From Candidatus Rokuibacteriota bacterium (GTDB lineage: Bacteria > Methylomirabilota > Methylomirabilia > Rokubacteriales > CSP1-6), in the NCBI GenBank assembly GCA_040902305.1, contig JBBDXN010000145.1, positions 3,734-67,733 of the forward strand: DNA of 64,000 nucleotides. The letters run 5' to 3'. Every line of letters starts with the position of its first letter. The stretch's first letter is position 1. The notes below the pieces were generated by a model. It did no database searches and was not told the DNA's origin. It saw nothing but the letters and a program-made list of their open reading frames with translations. Below, one piece after another: positions 42,266 to 50,493 of the stretch. The translations under genes and the position numbers were made by a program.

Positions 42266-44574
42266 GCACGATGAAGACCACGCGCGACGTCAAGGGAGTG
42301 GGGGTCTCGATCCCGCGGCCGGACGGCCCCGAGAAGGTCACCGGCCGGGTGCAGTACGTGGCCGACATCCAGCCCAAGGGCCTGCTGCACGCCAAGCTGC
42401 TGCGCAGCCCCCACGCGCACGCCAAGATCGTCTCGATCGACACCAGCGCGGCCCGAGCGCTGCCGGGCGTCCGCGCGGTCCTCACCGCCAAGGACATCCC
42501 GCATCTGAAGAAGAAGGCCCCGACGCGCGCCCACGCCGTCCTCGCGATCGACCGCGCGGTGTTCATGGGCCAGCCGGTGGCCGCGGTGGCCGCCGACGAG
42601 CTGGCCATCGCCGAGGAGGCCCTCGATCTCATCAAGGTCGAGTACCAGGTGCTGCCCGCCTCGATCGATCCGCTCAAGGCCATGCTGCCCGGCGCGCCGC
42701 CGGTGGCCGACGCGGGCACCGAGGCCGACACCAGCGAGGCGCTCGCCCACTCCGCGGTGGCCATCGCCAAGAGCGAGGCGCCCGCCAAGGCGGTGAACAT
42801 CTCCCAGCAGGCCCGCCTGCAGCGCGGCGATCCCGCCAAGGGCTTCGCCGAGTCCGATCACGTGCTCGAGAAGACCTACCGCGTGCCGATGGTGCACCAG
42901 GGCTATCTCGAGGCGCACGCGGTGCTGGCGGAGTGGGACCGCAACGGGCTGCTGACGCTGTGGGCCAGCACCCAGGGCTCGTTCAACACGCGCTCCGAGG
43001 TGGCGGACGTGCTCGGCATCCCCGAGAACCAGATCCGGGTGATTCCGGTGGAGTGCGGCGGCGGCTTCGGGGGCAAGATCCGCGCGCTCTGCGAGCCCAT
43101 CACCGCGGTGCTGGCGCAGGTCACCCGGCGGCCGGTCCGCTACGTCATGACACGGAGAGAAGAGCTGCAGGCGGGCATGCCCGCCCCGCAGGTCATCATC
43201 AAGCTCAAGACCGGCGTCAAGCGCGACGGCACCCTCATGGCCCTCGACGCGGAGACCGTCATCGATTCCGGCGCGTTCTCCGGCGCGGTGCTGGCAGTGA
43301 GCGCGGTCTTCCTCGGCAGCATGTACAAGTGGCCGTCGTTCGACATCCGCGGCTTCGAGGTGCTGACCCACAAGCCGAGCGTGGCCGCGTATCGCGCCCC
43401 GGTGGCGCCGCAGACCATCTTCGCGATCGAGTCGCACATGGAGCAGATCGCCCGGGATCTCGATCTCGATTCCGTCGAGTTCCGGATGCGCCACCTGATC
43501 CAGGAAGGCGATCCGATGGTGAACGGCCAGCCCTGGCAGTCCAACGGGGCCAAGCAGGTCCTGAGTCGCATCGCGGAACATCCCCACTGGAAGACCCGCA
43601 AGCAGTGGGTGGCCGCAGCGGGCAAGAACGGCAAGCGCCGCGGCGTGGGCCTGGCCCTCGGCGGCTGGCTCGGGGGGCTCCAGCCCACCGGGGCGACCGT
43701 CCGCTTGAACCCCGATGGATCCCTCGCCGTGCTCACCGGCCAGGTGGACATCGCGGGCACCAACATCTCGCTGGCCCAGATCGCGGCGTCCGCCTACGGG
43801 GTGGACACCGACCTGGTGCGCATCACCACCGGCGACACCGACGTCGCGCCGATGACCGGGCTCAGCGCGGGCAGCAAGACGATCTACACCGTGGGCGCGG
43901 CGGTGCTGCAGGCCGCGGAGGATGCCCGGCGGCAGACGTTCGAGATCGCCGCGAAGGAGCTCGAGGCCTCCATCCACGACCTCGAGCTGGTGGACGGCAA
44001 GGTCACGGTGCGCGGCATGCCGGACAAGGGCATCACGCTGGCCGCCATCGGCAAGAAGGGCAACCTCTACATGTCGAAGACCCCGCCGGTGCTCGGCAAG
44101 GCCAACCCGGCGTTCACCCAGCAGGCGCCGGGCTTCGCGGCCCAGCTCGCCCGGCTCGAGGTGGATCCGGACACCGGCGAGGTGACCCTCCAGGACTTCG
44201 TGATCGTCCAGGACGTGGGGAAGGCGATCAACCCGCTCGGGGTGGAAGGCCAGATGCAGGGCGGCGCGGTGCAGAGCCTCGGGATGGCGCTCACCGAAGG
44301 GCTCCTGTTCGACGACAGCGGGCGGCTCACCAACCCGAGTCTGCTCGACTATCGCAAGCTCACCGCGGCCGACCTGCCCAACCTCGAGACCATCATCGTG
44401 GAGGTGCCCGCGCCCGCCGGTCCCTTCGGCGCCCGCGGGGTGGGCGAGCCGCCCATCATCCCGGCGCCCGCCGCGATCGCCAACGCGATCCAGAACGCGA
44501 CTGGGGCGCGCCTGACCGAGCTGCCGATGAGCCCGGAGCGGATCGCGCTGGCCCTGGTCAACGGCAAGCACTGA
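42262..44574 (+). CDS. molybdopterin-binding large subunit, xanthine dehydrogenase / aldehyde oxidoreductase family
   Basis: ATG 42262 (ATGA overlap with the small-subunit stop) in track ORF 42076..44574; 770 aa: ...KVTGRVQYVADI...VECGGGFGGK...RGVGEPPIIPAPAAIANAI. It has AAYRAPVAP rather than the CODH AYRCSFR loop, so it is not a form I CO dehydrogenase. Confidence 0.9.
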   Translation: MSTMKTTRDVKGVGVSIPRPDGPEKVTGRVQYVADIQPKGLLHAKLLRSPHAHAKIVSIDTSAARALPGVRAVLTAKDIPHLKKKAPTRAHAVLAIDRAVFMGQPVAAVAADELAIAEEALDLIKVEYQVLPASIDPLKAMLPGAPPVADAGTEADTSEALAHSAVAIAKSEAPAKAVNISQQARLQRGDPAKGFAESDHVLEKTYRVPMVHQGYLEAHAVLAEWDRNGLLTLWASTQGSFNTRSEVADVLGIPENQIRVIPVECGGGFGGKIRALCEPITAVLAQVTRRPVRYVMTRREELQAGMPAPQVIIKLKTGVKRDGTLMALDAETVIDSGAFSGAVLAVSAVFLGSMYKWPSFDIRGFEVLTHKPSVAAYRAPVAPQTIFAIESHMEQIARDLDLDSVEFRMRHLIQEGDPMVNGQPWQSNGAKQVLSRIAEHPHWKTRKQWVAAAGKNGKRRGVGLALGGWLGGLQPTGATVRLNPDGSLAVLTGQVDIAGTNISLAQIAASAYGVDTDLVRITTGDTDVAPMTGLSAGSKTIYTVGAAVLQAAEDARRQTFEIAAKELEASIHDLELVDGKVTVRGMPDKGITLAAIGKKGNLYMSKTPPVLGKANPAFTQQAPGFAAQLARLEVDPDTGEVTLQDFVIVQDVGKAINPLGVEGQMQGGAVQSLGMALTEGLLFDDSGRLTNPSLLDYRKLTAADLPNLETIIVEVPAPAGPFGARGVGEPPIIPAPAAIANAIQNATGARLTELPMSPERIALALVNGKH

Positions 44575-44587
44575 GCAGGAGGCGGGC

Positions 44588-46033
44588 ATGAAGGCAGGCG
44601 AGATCTTCGTCGCGGGGAAGTGGCAGGCGACGCGGTCGGGTGAGACCTACCAGCCGATCAACCCGGCCAACGAGGAGCCGATCTCGGCGGTCGGCAAGGG
44701 CGACGAGCGCGACATCGATCTGGCGGTGACGGCGGCCCGCAAGGCCTTCGACGAGGGCCCGTGGCCGAAGATGTCGCCCCACGAGCGCGGCCGCATCGTC
44801 TGGCGCCTCGGCGACCTGATCCAGCAGAACCTCGACGAGATGGCCCGGCTCGAGAGCCTCTGCACCGGCAAGACCATGTTCGACTCGGGCAAGGTCGAGA
44901 TCCCGTTCGCGGCCGAGGTCTTCCGCTACTACGCGGGCTGGGCCACCAAGATCCACGGCGAGACGCTCGGCCTGCGCGACAACGCGTTCACCTTCACGCT
45001 GCGCCAGCCGGTGGGGGTGGTCGGGGCGATCGTGCCCTGGAACTTCCCCTTCCTGCTCTCGTCCTGGAAGATCGCCCCCGCGCTGGCCGCGGGCAACACG
45101 ATGGTGATCAAGCCCGCGTCGCAGACCCCGCTCACCGCGCTGCGCTTCGCCGAGATCTGCCAGGAGGCGGGGGTGCCGGAGGGCGTGTTCAACGTGGTGA
45201 CCGGGCCGGGCGGCAAGGTGGGCATGGCCCTGGTGCGGGATCCGCGCGTCGACAAGATCGCCTTCACCGGCTCCACCGAGGTCGGCCGGCAGATCATGCG
45301 CGAGGCGGCGGGCACGCTCAAGCGCCTCTCGCTCGAGCTGGGCGGCAAGTCGCCCAACATCGTGTTCGCGGACGCGGACATGGACGCGGCGGTGCGCGGC
45401 GCGCTCACCGGCATCTTCTACAACAAGGGCGAGGTGTGCGCGGCCGGCTCGCGGCTCTTCCTGGAAGACTCGATCCACGACCAGTTCATGTCCAAGCTCA
45501 CCGACCGGGTCAAGAGCCTGAAGGTCGGCGACCCGATGGACAAGACCACCCGCATGGGGCCGGTGGTGTCGAAGGGCCAGATGGAGACCGTGCTGTCCTA
45601 CATCGAGTCCGGCAAGCAGGAAGGGGCGCGGGTGGTGGCGGGCGGCGGCCGGGCCGACGTCGGCACCGGCAAGGGCTACTTCATTCAGCCCACCATCTTC
45701 GACGGGGTCACCAACGAGATGAAGATCGCCCGCGAGGAGATCTTCGGGCCGGTGCTCTCGGTGATCCCGTTCCGCTCGGTCGAGGACGGCATCGCCCAGG
45801 GCAACCACACCTCCTACGGCCTGGCCGCCGCGGTGTGGACGCGAGACGTCTCCAAGGCGCTGAAGGCGGCGAAGGCGATCCGGGCGGGCACGGTGTGGGT
45901 CAACGCCTACAACCTCTTCGACGCGGCGCTGCCGTTCGGCGGCTTCAAGGAGTCGGGCTTCGGCCGCGAGATGGGGTCGGTGGGGCTCGACAACTACACC
46001 GAGGTCAAGACCGTCTGGGTCGACCTGTCGTAG
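44588..46033 (+). CDS. NAD(P)-dependent aldehyde dehydrogenase
   Basis: Track ORF of 481 aa, preceded by AGGAGG: ...VPWNFPFLL...FTGSTEVGR...LELGGKSP...NKGEVCAAGSR...EEIFGPV... Confidence 0.95.
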   Translation: MKAGEIFVAGKWQATRSGETYQPINPANEEPISAVGKGDERDIDLAVTAARKAFDEGPWPKMSPHERGRIVWRLGDLIQQNLDEMARLESLCTGKTMFDSGKVEIPFAAEVFRYYAGWATKIHGETLGLRDNAFTFTLRQPVGVVGAIVPWNFPFLLSSWKIAPALAAGNTMVIKPASQTPLTALRFAEICQEAGVPEGVFNVVTGPGGKVGMALVRDPRVDKIAFTGSTEVGRQIMREAAGTLKRLSLELGGKSPNIVFADADMDAAVRGALTGIFYNKGEVCAAGSRLFLEDSIHDQFMSKLTDRVKSLKVGDPMDKTTRMGPVVSKGQMETVLSYIESGKQEGARVVAGGGRADVGTGKGYFIQPTIFDGVTNEMKIAREEIFGPVLSVIPFRSVEDGIAQGNHTSYGLAAAVWTRDVSKALKAAKAIRAGTVWVNAYNLFDAALPFGGFKESGFGREMGSVGLDNYTEVKTVWVDLS

Positions 46034-46053
46034 CCGCTCCACCGCGGACGGGC

Positions 46054-48288
46054 ATGCGCTCGCCGTCCGCCGCTGACATCCGGCACGACCTGGTCCTGGT
46101 GGGCGGCGGTCACACCCACATCCAGGTGCTCAAGCGGTGGGCCATGGGCCCCGTGCCGGGGGCGCGCCTGACCCTCGTCGTGGACCGGCCGATCGCGGTG
46201 TACTCCGGCATGGTGCCGGGCTTCGTGGCCGGCCAGTACTCCCGGGAAGACCTCGAGATCGACGTGCGGCCCCTCGCGCTCCGCGCGGGGGCGCGCTGCA
46301 TCGTGGCCGCCGCCTCCGGGCTCGACACGGCCGCGCGGCGCCTCGCGCTCCGTGGCCGCCCGCCGATCGCCTACGACACGGTCTCCTTCGACGTGGGCTC
46401 CACGGTGGCCGGGCTCGAAGTGCCCGGCGTCCGCGAGCACGCGCTCCCCACCCGCCCCATCGGCGATTTCGTCCGTCGCGTGGACGAGGTGCCGGCCACG
46501 GCGCGGGGTCGCGACCTCTTTCGGGTCGTCGTGGTCGGCGCGGGCGCCGGAGGCGTCGAGGTCGCCTTCGCCCTCGCCGCGCGACTGGGCCGCGAGCGTG
46601 CCGGCCGCGTCGAGGTGCTGCTCCTCGAGTCCGGTCCGCGGGTGCTGCCCGGCTACGCGGCGAGCGCGGCCGGGCGCGTCGAGGCCGCCGCGGCGGCGCG
46701 GGGGATCGCGATCCGCGTGGGCGCGCGCGTCGCCCAGGTCGAGGGCGATGCGGTGCGCCTGGAAGGCGGCGAGCGGCTGCCCGCCGACGGGGTGGTCTGG
46801 GTGGCCGGCGCCGCCGCGCTCCCGATCTTCGACGGCTCCGGGCTCGAGACGGACGAGGCCGGCTTCGCGCGGATCCGCCCCACGCTCCACTGCGTGGGGC
46901 ACGACGACACGAGAACGGTGGGCGACTGCGCGGCGTGGACCGCGGGCCCGGGCCTGGCCAAGGCCGGCGTGTACGCGGTCCGCCAGGGCCCGGTGCTCGC
47001 GCACAACCTGATCGCGCGCCTCCGCGGCCGGCGGCTCCGCGCCTACCGCCCGCAGCGCGACTTCCTCTCGCTCCTGAACCTGGGCGACGGCCACGCGATC
47101 GGAACCAAGTGGGGCGTCTCGGTCCAGGGCCGTCGCGTGTTCGCGCTCAAGAACTGGATCGACCGCCGCTTCGTGCGCCGCTTCCAGGTGCTCGATCAGG
47201 ACGGCGCGGTCACGCCCGACTTCGCGGCCGCGCCCATGCCCGGCGGGGACATGCTCTGCGGCGGCTGCGCGGCCAAGGTGGGCGAGTCCTCGCTCACCCG
47301 CGCGCTCGAGCGGCTCGGCGTCCCGAGCTGCCCCGCCGTCGTCCTGGGCCTGGCCCAGCCCGACGACGCGGCCGCGGTGGAGAGCGAGCGCGGCGAGATC
47401 GTCGCCGCCACCGTCGACTCCTTCCGCGCCTTCGCCGACGATCCCTACCTGGTCGGCCGCGTCGCGGCGGTGAACGCGGTCAGCGATCTCTGGGCCAAGG
47501 GCGTGGCGCCGCGGTTCGCGCTGGCCCAGGTGAGCGTGCCGGACACCGAGCCCGCGCGGGCGGAGGAGACGCTCTACCAGGTGATGGCGGGCGCCCGCGC
47601 GGCGCTGGACGCCGACGGCGTCACCCTCGTGGGCGGCCACACCACGACGGGGCCGGAGCTGGTGGTGGGCTTCGCGGTCTGGGGCTTCGCGGCCTCGGCG
47701 GATGCGCTGATCCGCATCGGGGGCGTCGCGCCGGGGGATCAGCTCATCCTGACCAAGCCGCTCGGCACCGGTGTGATCCTCCAGGCCGACATGCGCGGGC
47801 TGGCGCGGGGCGAGTGGGTGGAGGCGGCCGACGCGTCCATGCTCCGCTCCAATGGATCGGCCGCGCGGGCGATGGCCGCGCGGCGGCCGACCGCCGCCAC
47901 CGACGTCACCGGCTTCGGACTGGCCGGGCACCTGGGCGGGATGCTGCGCGCGAGCAAATGCTCCGCGGTGCTCGACCTCGCCGCGCTGCCCGCCCTGCCC
48001 GGCGCGGTGGCCCTGCTGACCCGGGGCGTGCGGAGCACCGCCCACCCCGAGAACGCCCGGGCCCGGCGCGCCATCCTCGTGGAGCCGGAGGCCGGGACGC
48101 ATCCGGCGCTGGATCTGCTCTTCGACCCGCAAACCTCGGGCGGGTTGCTGCTCGGAGTCTCGCGAGATCGGAGCATGGCGATGCTGGCGGCGCTGCGCGA
48201 GGCCGGCGACGAGCGCGCCGCCATCATCGGCGAGGTCACGCCGCCGCGACCCGACGGGGCGCTGATCCGGGTGGTTGCAACCGCCTAG
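46054..48288 (+). CDS. selD: fusion protein: FAD-dependent pyridine nucleotide-disulfide oxidoreductase (NDH-2-like) + selenide, water dikinase SelD
   Basis: ATG 46054 in track ORF 44761..48288; 744 aa. N-terminal part: LVLVGGGHTHIQVL...VVVVGAGAGGVEVAFAL. C-terminal part: ...GDMLCGGCAAKVGES...DDAAVV...VNAVSDLWAKG...LVGGHTT...LILTKPLGTG...ATDVTGFGLAGHL (AIR-synthase-like SelD fold, Cys form). Confidence 0.9.
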   Translation: MRSPSAADIRHDLVLVGGGHTHIQVLKRWAMGPVPGARLTLVVDRPIAVYSGMVPGFVAGQYSREDLEIDVRPLALRAGARCIVAAASGLDTAARRLALRGRPPIAYDTVSFDVGSTVAGLEVPGVREHALPTRPIGDFVRRVDEVPATARGRDLFRVVVVGAGAGGVEVAFALAARLGRERAGRVEVLLLESGPRVLPGYAASAAGRVEAAAAARGIAIRVGARVAQVEGDAVRLEGGERLPADGVVWVAGAAALPIFDGSGLETDEAGFARIRPTLHCVGHDDTRTVGDCAAWTAGPGLAKAGVYAVRQGPVLAHNLIARLRGRRLRAYRPQRDFLSLLNLGDGHAIGTKWGVSVQGRRVFALKNWIDRRFVRRFQVLDQDGAVTPDFAAAPMPGGDMLCGGCAAKVGESSLTRALERLGVPSCPAVVLGLAQPDDAAAVESERGEIVAATVDSFRAFADDPYLVGRVAAVNAVSDLWAKGVAPRFALAQVSVPDTEPARAEETLYQVMAGARAALDADGVTLVGGHTTTGPELVVGFAVWGFAASADALIRIGGVAPGDQLILTKPLGTGVILQADMRGLARGEWVEAADASMLRSNGSAARAMAARRPTAATDVTGFGLAGHLGGMLRASKCSAVLDLAALPALPGAVALLTRGVRSTAHPENARARRAILVEPEAGTHPALDLLFDPQTSGGLLLGVSRDRSMAMLAALREAGDERAAIIGEVTPPRPDGALIRVVATA

Positions 48289-48299
48289 ATCAACGGAGG

Positions 48300-48638
48300 C
48301 TACTGGGCCGCGCGCCGGCGGGCGGCCGGGGCGATCTCGACGACCAGCCCGCCGCCCCAGCCGTACTTGGCTTCGGAGAGTCGGCGGATCGTGGACACCA
48401 GATCCCGCTCGCCCCGAGCATCGACCACGCGGGCGCGCCCGCGGAAGGTCCGGCGGCCGACGCGCGCCCGCACCGCGGGCTCCGCGAGGAGATTCTGCAC
48501 CCAGTGCGCCTTCCGGCCGTGCTCGGCGACCAGGTAGTAGCGGCCCTGTTGGCGGGTGAACCAGATCTCGATCCGCCGGGCAAGCCCGCTGCGCCGCCCG
48601 GTCGTGGTCAGATAGAGGTATTTCAGCTCGGGGCTCAC
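48300..48638 (-). CDS. DUF385 / deazaflavin-dependent nitroreductase-family protein
   Basis: Track ORF of 112 aa: ...LYLTTTGRRSGLARRIEIWFTRQQGRYYLVAEHGRKAHWVQNLLAEPAVRARVG... Confidence 0.7.
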   Translation of the reverse strand: MSPELKYLYLTTTGRRSGLARRIEIWFTRQQGRYYLVAEHGRKAHWVQNLLAEPAVRARVGRRTFRGRARVVDARGERDLVSTIRRLSEAKYGWGGGLVVEIAPAARRRAAQ

Positions 48639-48970
48639 GCGCCGAAGGCGCGCTCGAACTGCCGCCTGGCCGCGTCGTCGAGGCCGTTACGGAACTTCTT
48701 GTAGCGCTCGAGGAAGCGCTTGCCCGCCTTGGTGAGGCGCATGCCGCTCGCGGGGCCGCCGCCGGGCACACGCTCCACGAACTTGAAGCCGGCCGCCTCC
48801 TCGAGGTCGCGGAGGTAGCCCCACGCGTTGCGGTAGGACATCTCGAGCTCCTGGGCCGCCTTCTTGAGCGACCCGCGCTCCTCGATCAGCTCGAAGAGCC
48901 GGGCCCGCCCGTCTCCGAACTTGAGCTGGTCACCGAACATCACCCAGACGCGCAGCTTGGGCTTCATCAC
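48635..48970 (-). CDS. ModE-N-terminal-like winged-helix regulator (molybdate-responsive family, no Mop domains)
   Basis: Track ORF of 111 aa: ...GRARLFELIEERGSLKKAAQELEMSYRNAWGYLRDLEEAAGFKFVER...GMRLTKAGKRFL... ATGA overlap with the downstream DUF385 gene. Confidence 0.7.
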   Translation of the reverse strand: MMKPKLRVWVMFGDQLKFGDGRARLFELIEERGSLKKAAQELEMSYRNAWGYLRDLEEAAGFKFVERVPGGGPASGMRLTKAGKRFLERYKKFRNGLDDAARRQFERAFGA

Positions 48971-49577
48971 CGCGCATCTTACTCAAGGGAGAGGGCTTCG
49001 GCCAGTCGCGGGGAGGGGCCGCGCTCAAGCGTCGGCGGCGGTGGACTCGGCGGTGAAGCGTCCCGATCCGTCGCGCCGATCCCAGCGGGCGCGCGGGGTC
49101 CGCTGGATCTCCCGGCGCGTCATCGCCCGCCGCGGGTCCCAGATTCCCCGCCCGTAGGCGTCGAGAAGCCGTTACGATCCGCCTGAGATGCCCCTCTCCA
49201 GCCTCCAGCTCGCGTGCCTGGTCCAAGCCTATGTGGCCGAGCCCGGCGGCTCCCTCGAGGAGAAGGCGAGCCGGGCCGGGGTCCGCCGGAGCGTGCTCCT
49301 GCGAGCCGGGCGGGGCACGATCTCCCGCACCACCAGGCTGCGCCTGCTTGCTTTCTTCGCCGCGGCCGGCGCGCGCCGGGGTCGACGGCCTCGTCGCCAG
49401 CCGAAACGGGGGGTTACATGAGCCCCGCCTCGGCCGGGCGGCGCCCGGCGCAGGAGGCAGTCCCGACGACGGGGCCGGCGCCCCACCCCGGGGCCGGCTG
49501 TGGTACCCTAGCCGCCGCTCGCTGAATCGCGCGAGCCAAGCACGCCGCGCTCAAACCACCTCGAGGAGGAGAAACCC

Positions 49578-50084
49578 ATGCCGATCAAAGTTGGTGATCG
49601 CGTGCCGGACGGCACGCTCACGGAGTTCATCGAGCAGGAAACCCCGGGCTGCACCGTCGGCCCCAACGCGTTCCAGGTGGCCGACCTGACCAAGGGCAAG
49701 AAGATCGTCGTCTTCGGCCTGCCCGGCGCCTTCACCCCCACCTGCTCGGCCAAGCACGTGCCGGGCTACGTGGCGAACGTCGACAAGCTCAAGGGCAAGG
49801 GCATCGACGAGGTCTGGTGCGTGTCCGTCAACGACGCCTTCGTTATGGGCGCGTGGGCCAAGGACCAGAAGAGTGCCGGCAAGGTCCGCTTGATGGCCGA
49901 CGGCAGCGCCGCGCTCACCAAGGCGATGGGCCTCGAGATGGATCTCACCGCTCGCGGGATGGGGGTGCGCTCCCAGCGCTACTCGATGCTGGTGGACAAC
50001 GGCGTGGTCAAGTCGCTGAACGTGGAGCAGCCCGGCAAGTTCGAGGTGAGCGACGCCGATTCGATGCTGAAACAGATCGGCTAA
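49578..50084 (+). CDS. peroxiredoxin, Prx5 subfamily (Cys form)
   Basis: Track ORF of 168 aa, preceded by GGAGGAG: ...KKIVVFGLPGAFTPTCSAKHVPGY...VWCVSVNDAFVMGAW... Confidence 0.9.
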   Translation: MPIKVGDRVPDGTLTEFIEQETPGCTVGPNAFQVADLTKGKKIVVFGLPGAFTPTCSAKHVPGYVANVDKLKGKGIDEVWCVSVNDAFVMGAWAKDQKSAGKVRLMADGSAALTKAMGLEMDLTARGMGVRSQRYSMLVDNGVVKSLNVEQPGKFEVSDADSMLKQIG

Positions 50085-50090
50085 CGATCG

Positions 50091-50303
50091 GTGCCGGCCG
50101 CCGGGCCCGCGCCGGACGCCGAATGGGATGCGGGCGACATGGGCGGTGGCGAGCTGGCGCTGGAGCTGCGATCACGCCTCGGCGTCTTGAGGCCCGGGCA
50201 AGTCCTGAAGCTGACGGCGCGGGATCCCGGCGCGCCGGCCGATATCCCGGCGTGGTGCCGGCTGACCGGCCAGACCCTGGTCGGCCGGCACCACCCGGTC
50301 TAG
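50091..50303 (+). CDS. TusA/SirA-like domain protein lacking the catalytic Cys; possibly truncated
   Basis: Track ORF of 70 aa: ...WDAGDMGGGELALELRSRLGVLRPGQVLKLTARDPGAPADIPAWCRLTGQTLV... aligns with the TusA pattern (LDxxGLxCPxP...GxxLxxxxDDPxxxxDIPxWC), but GGG replaces C-P, and the TAG falls about 10 residues before the expected domain end. Confidence 0.45.
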   Translation: MPAAGPAPDAEWDAGDMGGGELALELRSRLGVLRPGQVLKLTARDPGAPADIPAWCRLTGQTLVGRHHPV

Positions 50304-50493
50304 GAGACGCTGGTCTTTCTCAGCATCGAGGGCGTCCGCCTCGCCCAGAAGGGTACGCCGACGATATCCGTGAAGAGGGCTTTGCGCCGCTCAAGGAGCG
50401 CAAGCTCGACGAGAGCAGCCTGGTGGCCGGCGCCGTCATCGCGGGCGGGGTCAAGCTCGTCGAGTTCCTCGCCGACGGCAGCCCCTGCGTGAG

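Noticed and set aside
48986-49020. Possible fifth copy of the CCCTCACCC/CCCTCTCCC repeat upstream of the ModE-like gene (AAGGGAGAGGGCTTCGGCCAGTCGCGGGGAGGGGCC)
   Set aside because: Only the GCCCTCTCCC half is conserved. It is too degenerate to call by eye and is mentioned only as a lead.
49188-49421. 77-aa plus-strand ORF (MPLSSLQLACLVQAYVAEPGG...) in the 600-bp gap between the ModE-like gene and Prx5; also a 33-codon minus-strand ORF near 49025-49125
   Set aside because: No SD, no recognisable family, an Arg-rich tail, and several overlapping alternative ORFs of similar quality. This is insufficient evidence to call a gene.
50301-50303. In-frame TAG after the TusA-like ORF as a possible pyrrolysine or read-through codon
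   Set aside because: No Pyl machinery or PYLIS-like context is visible. The downstream frame quickly becomes junk, so gene decay is the simpler explanation.
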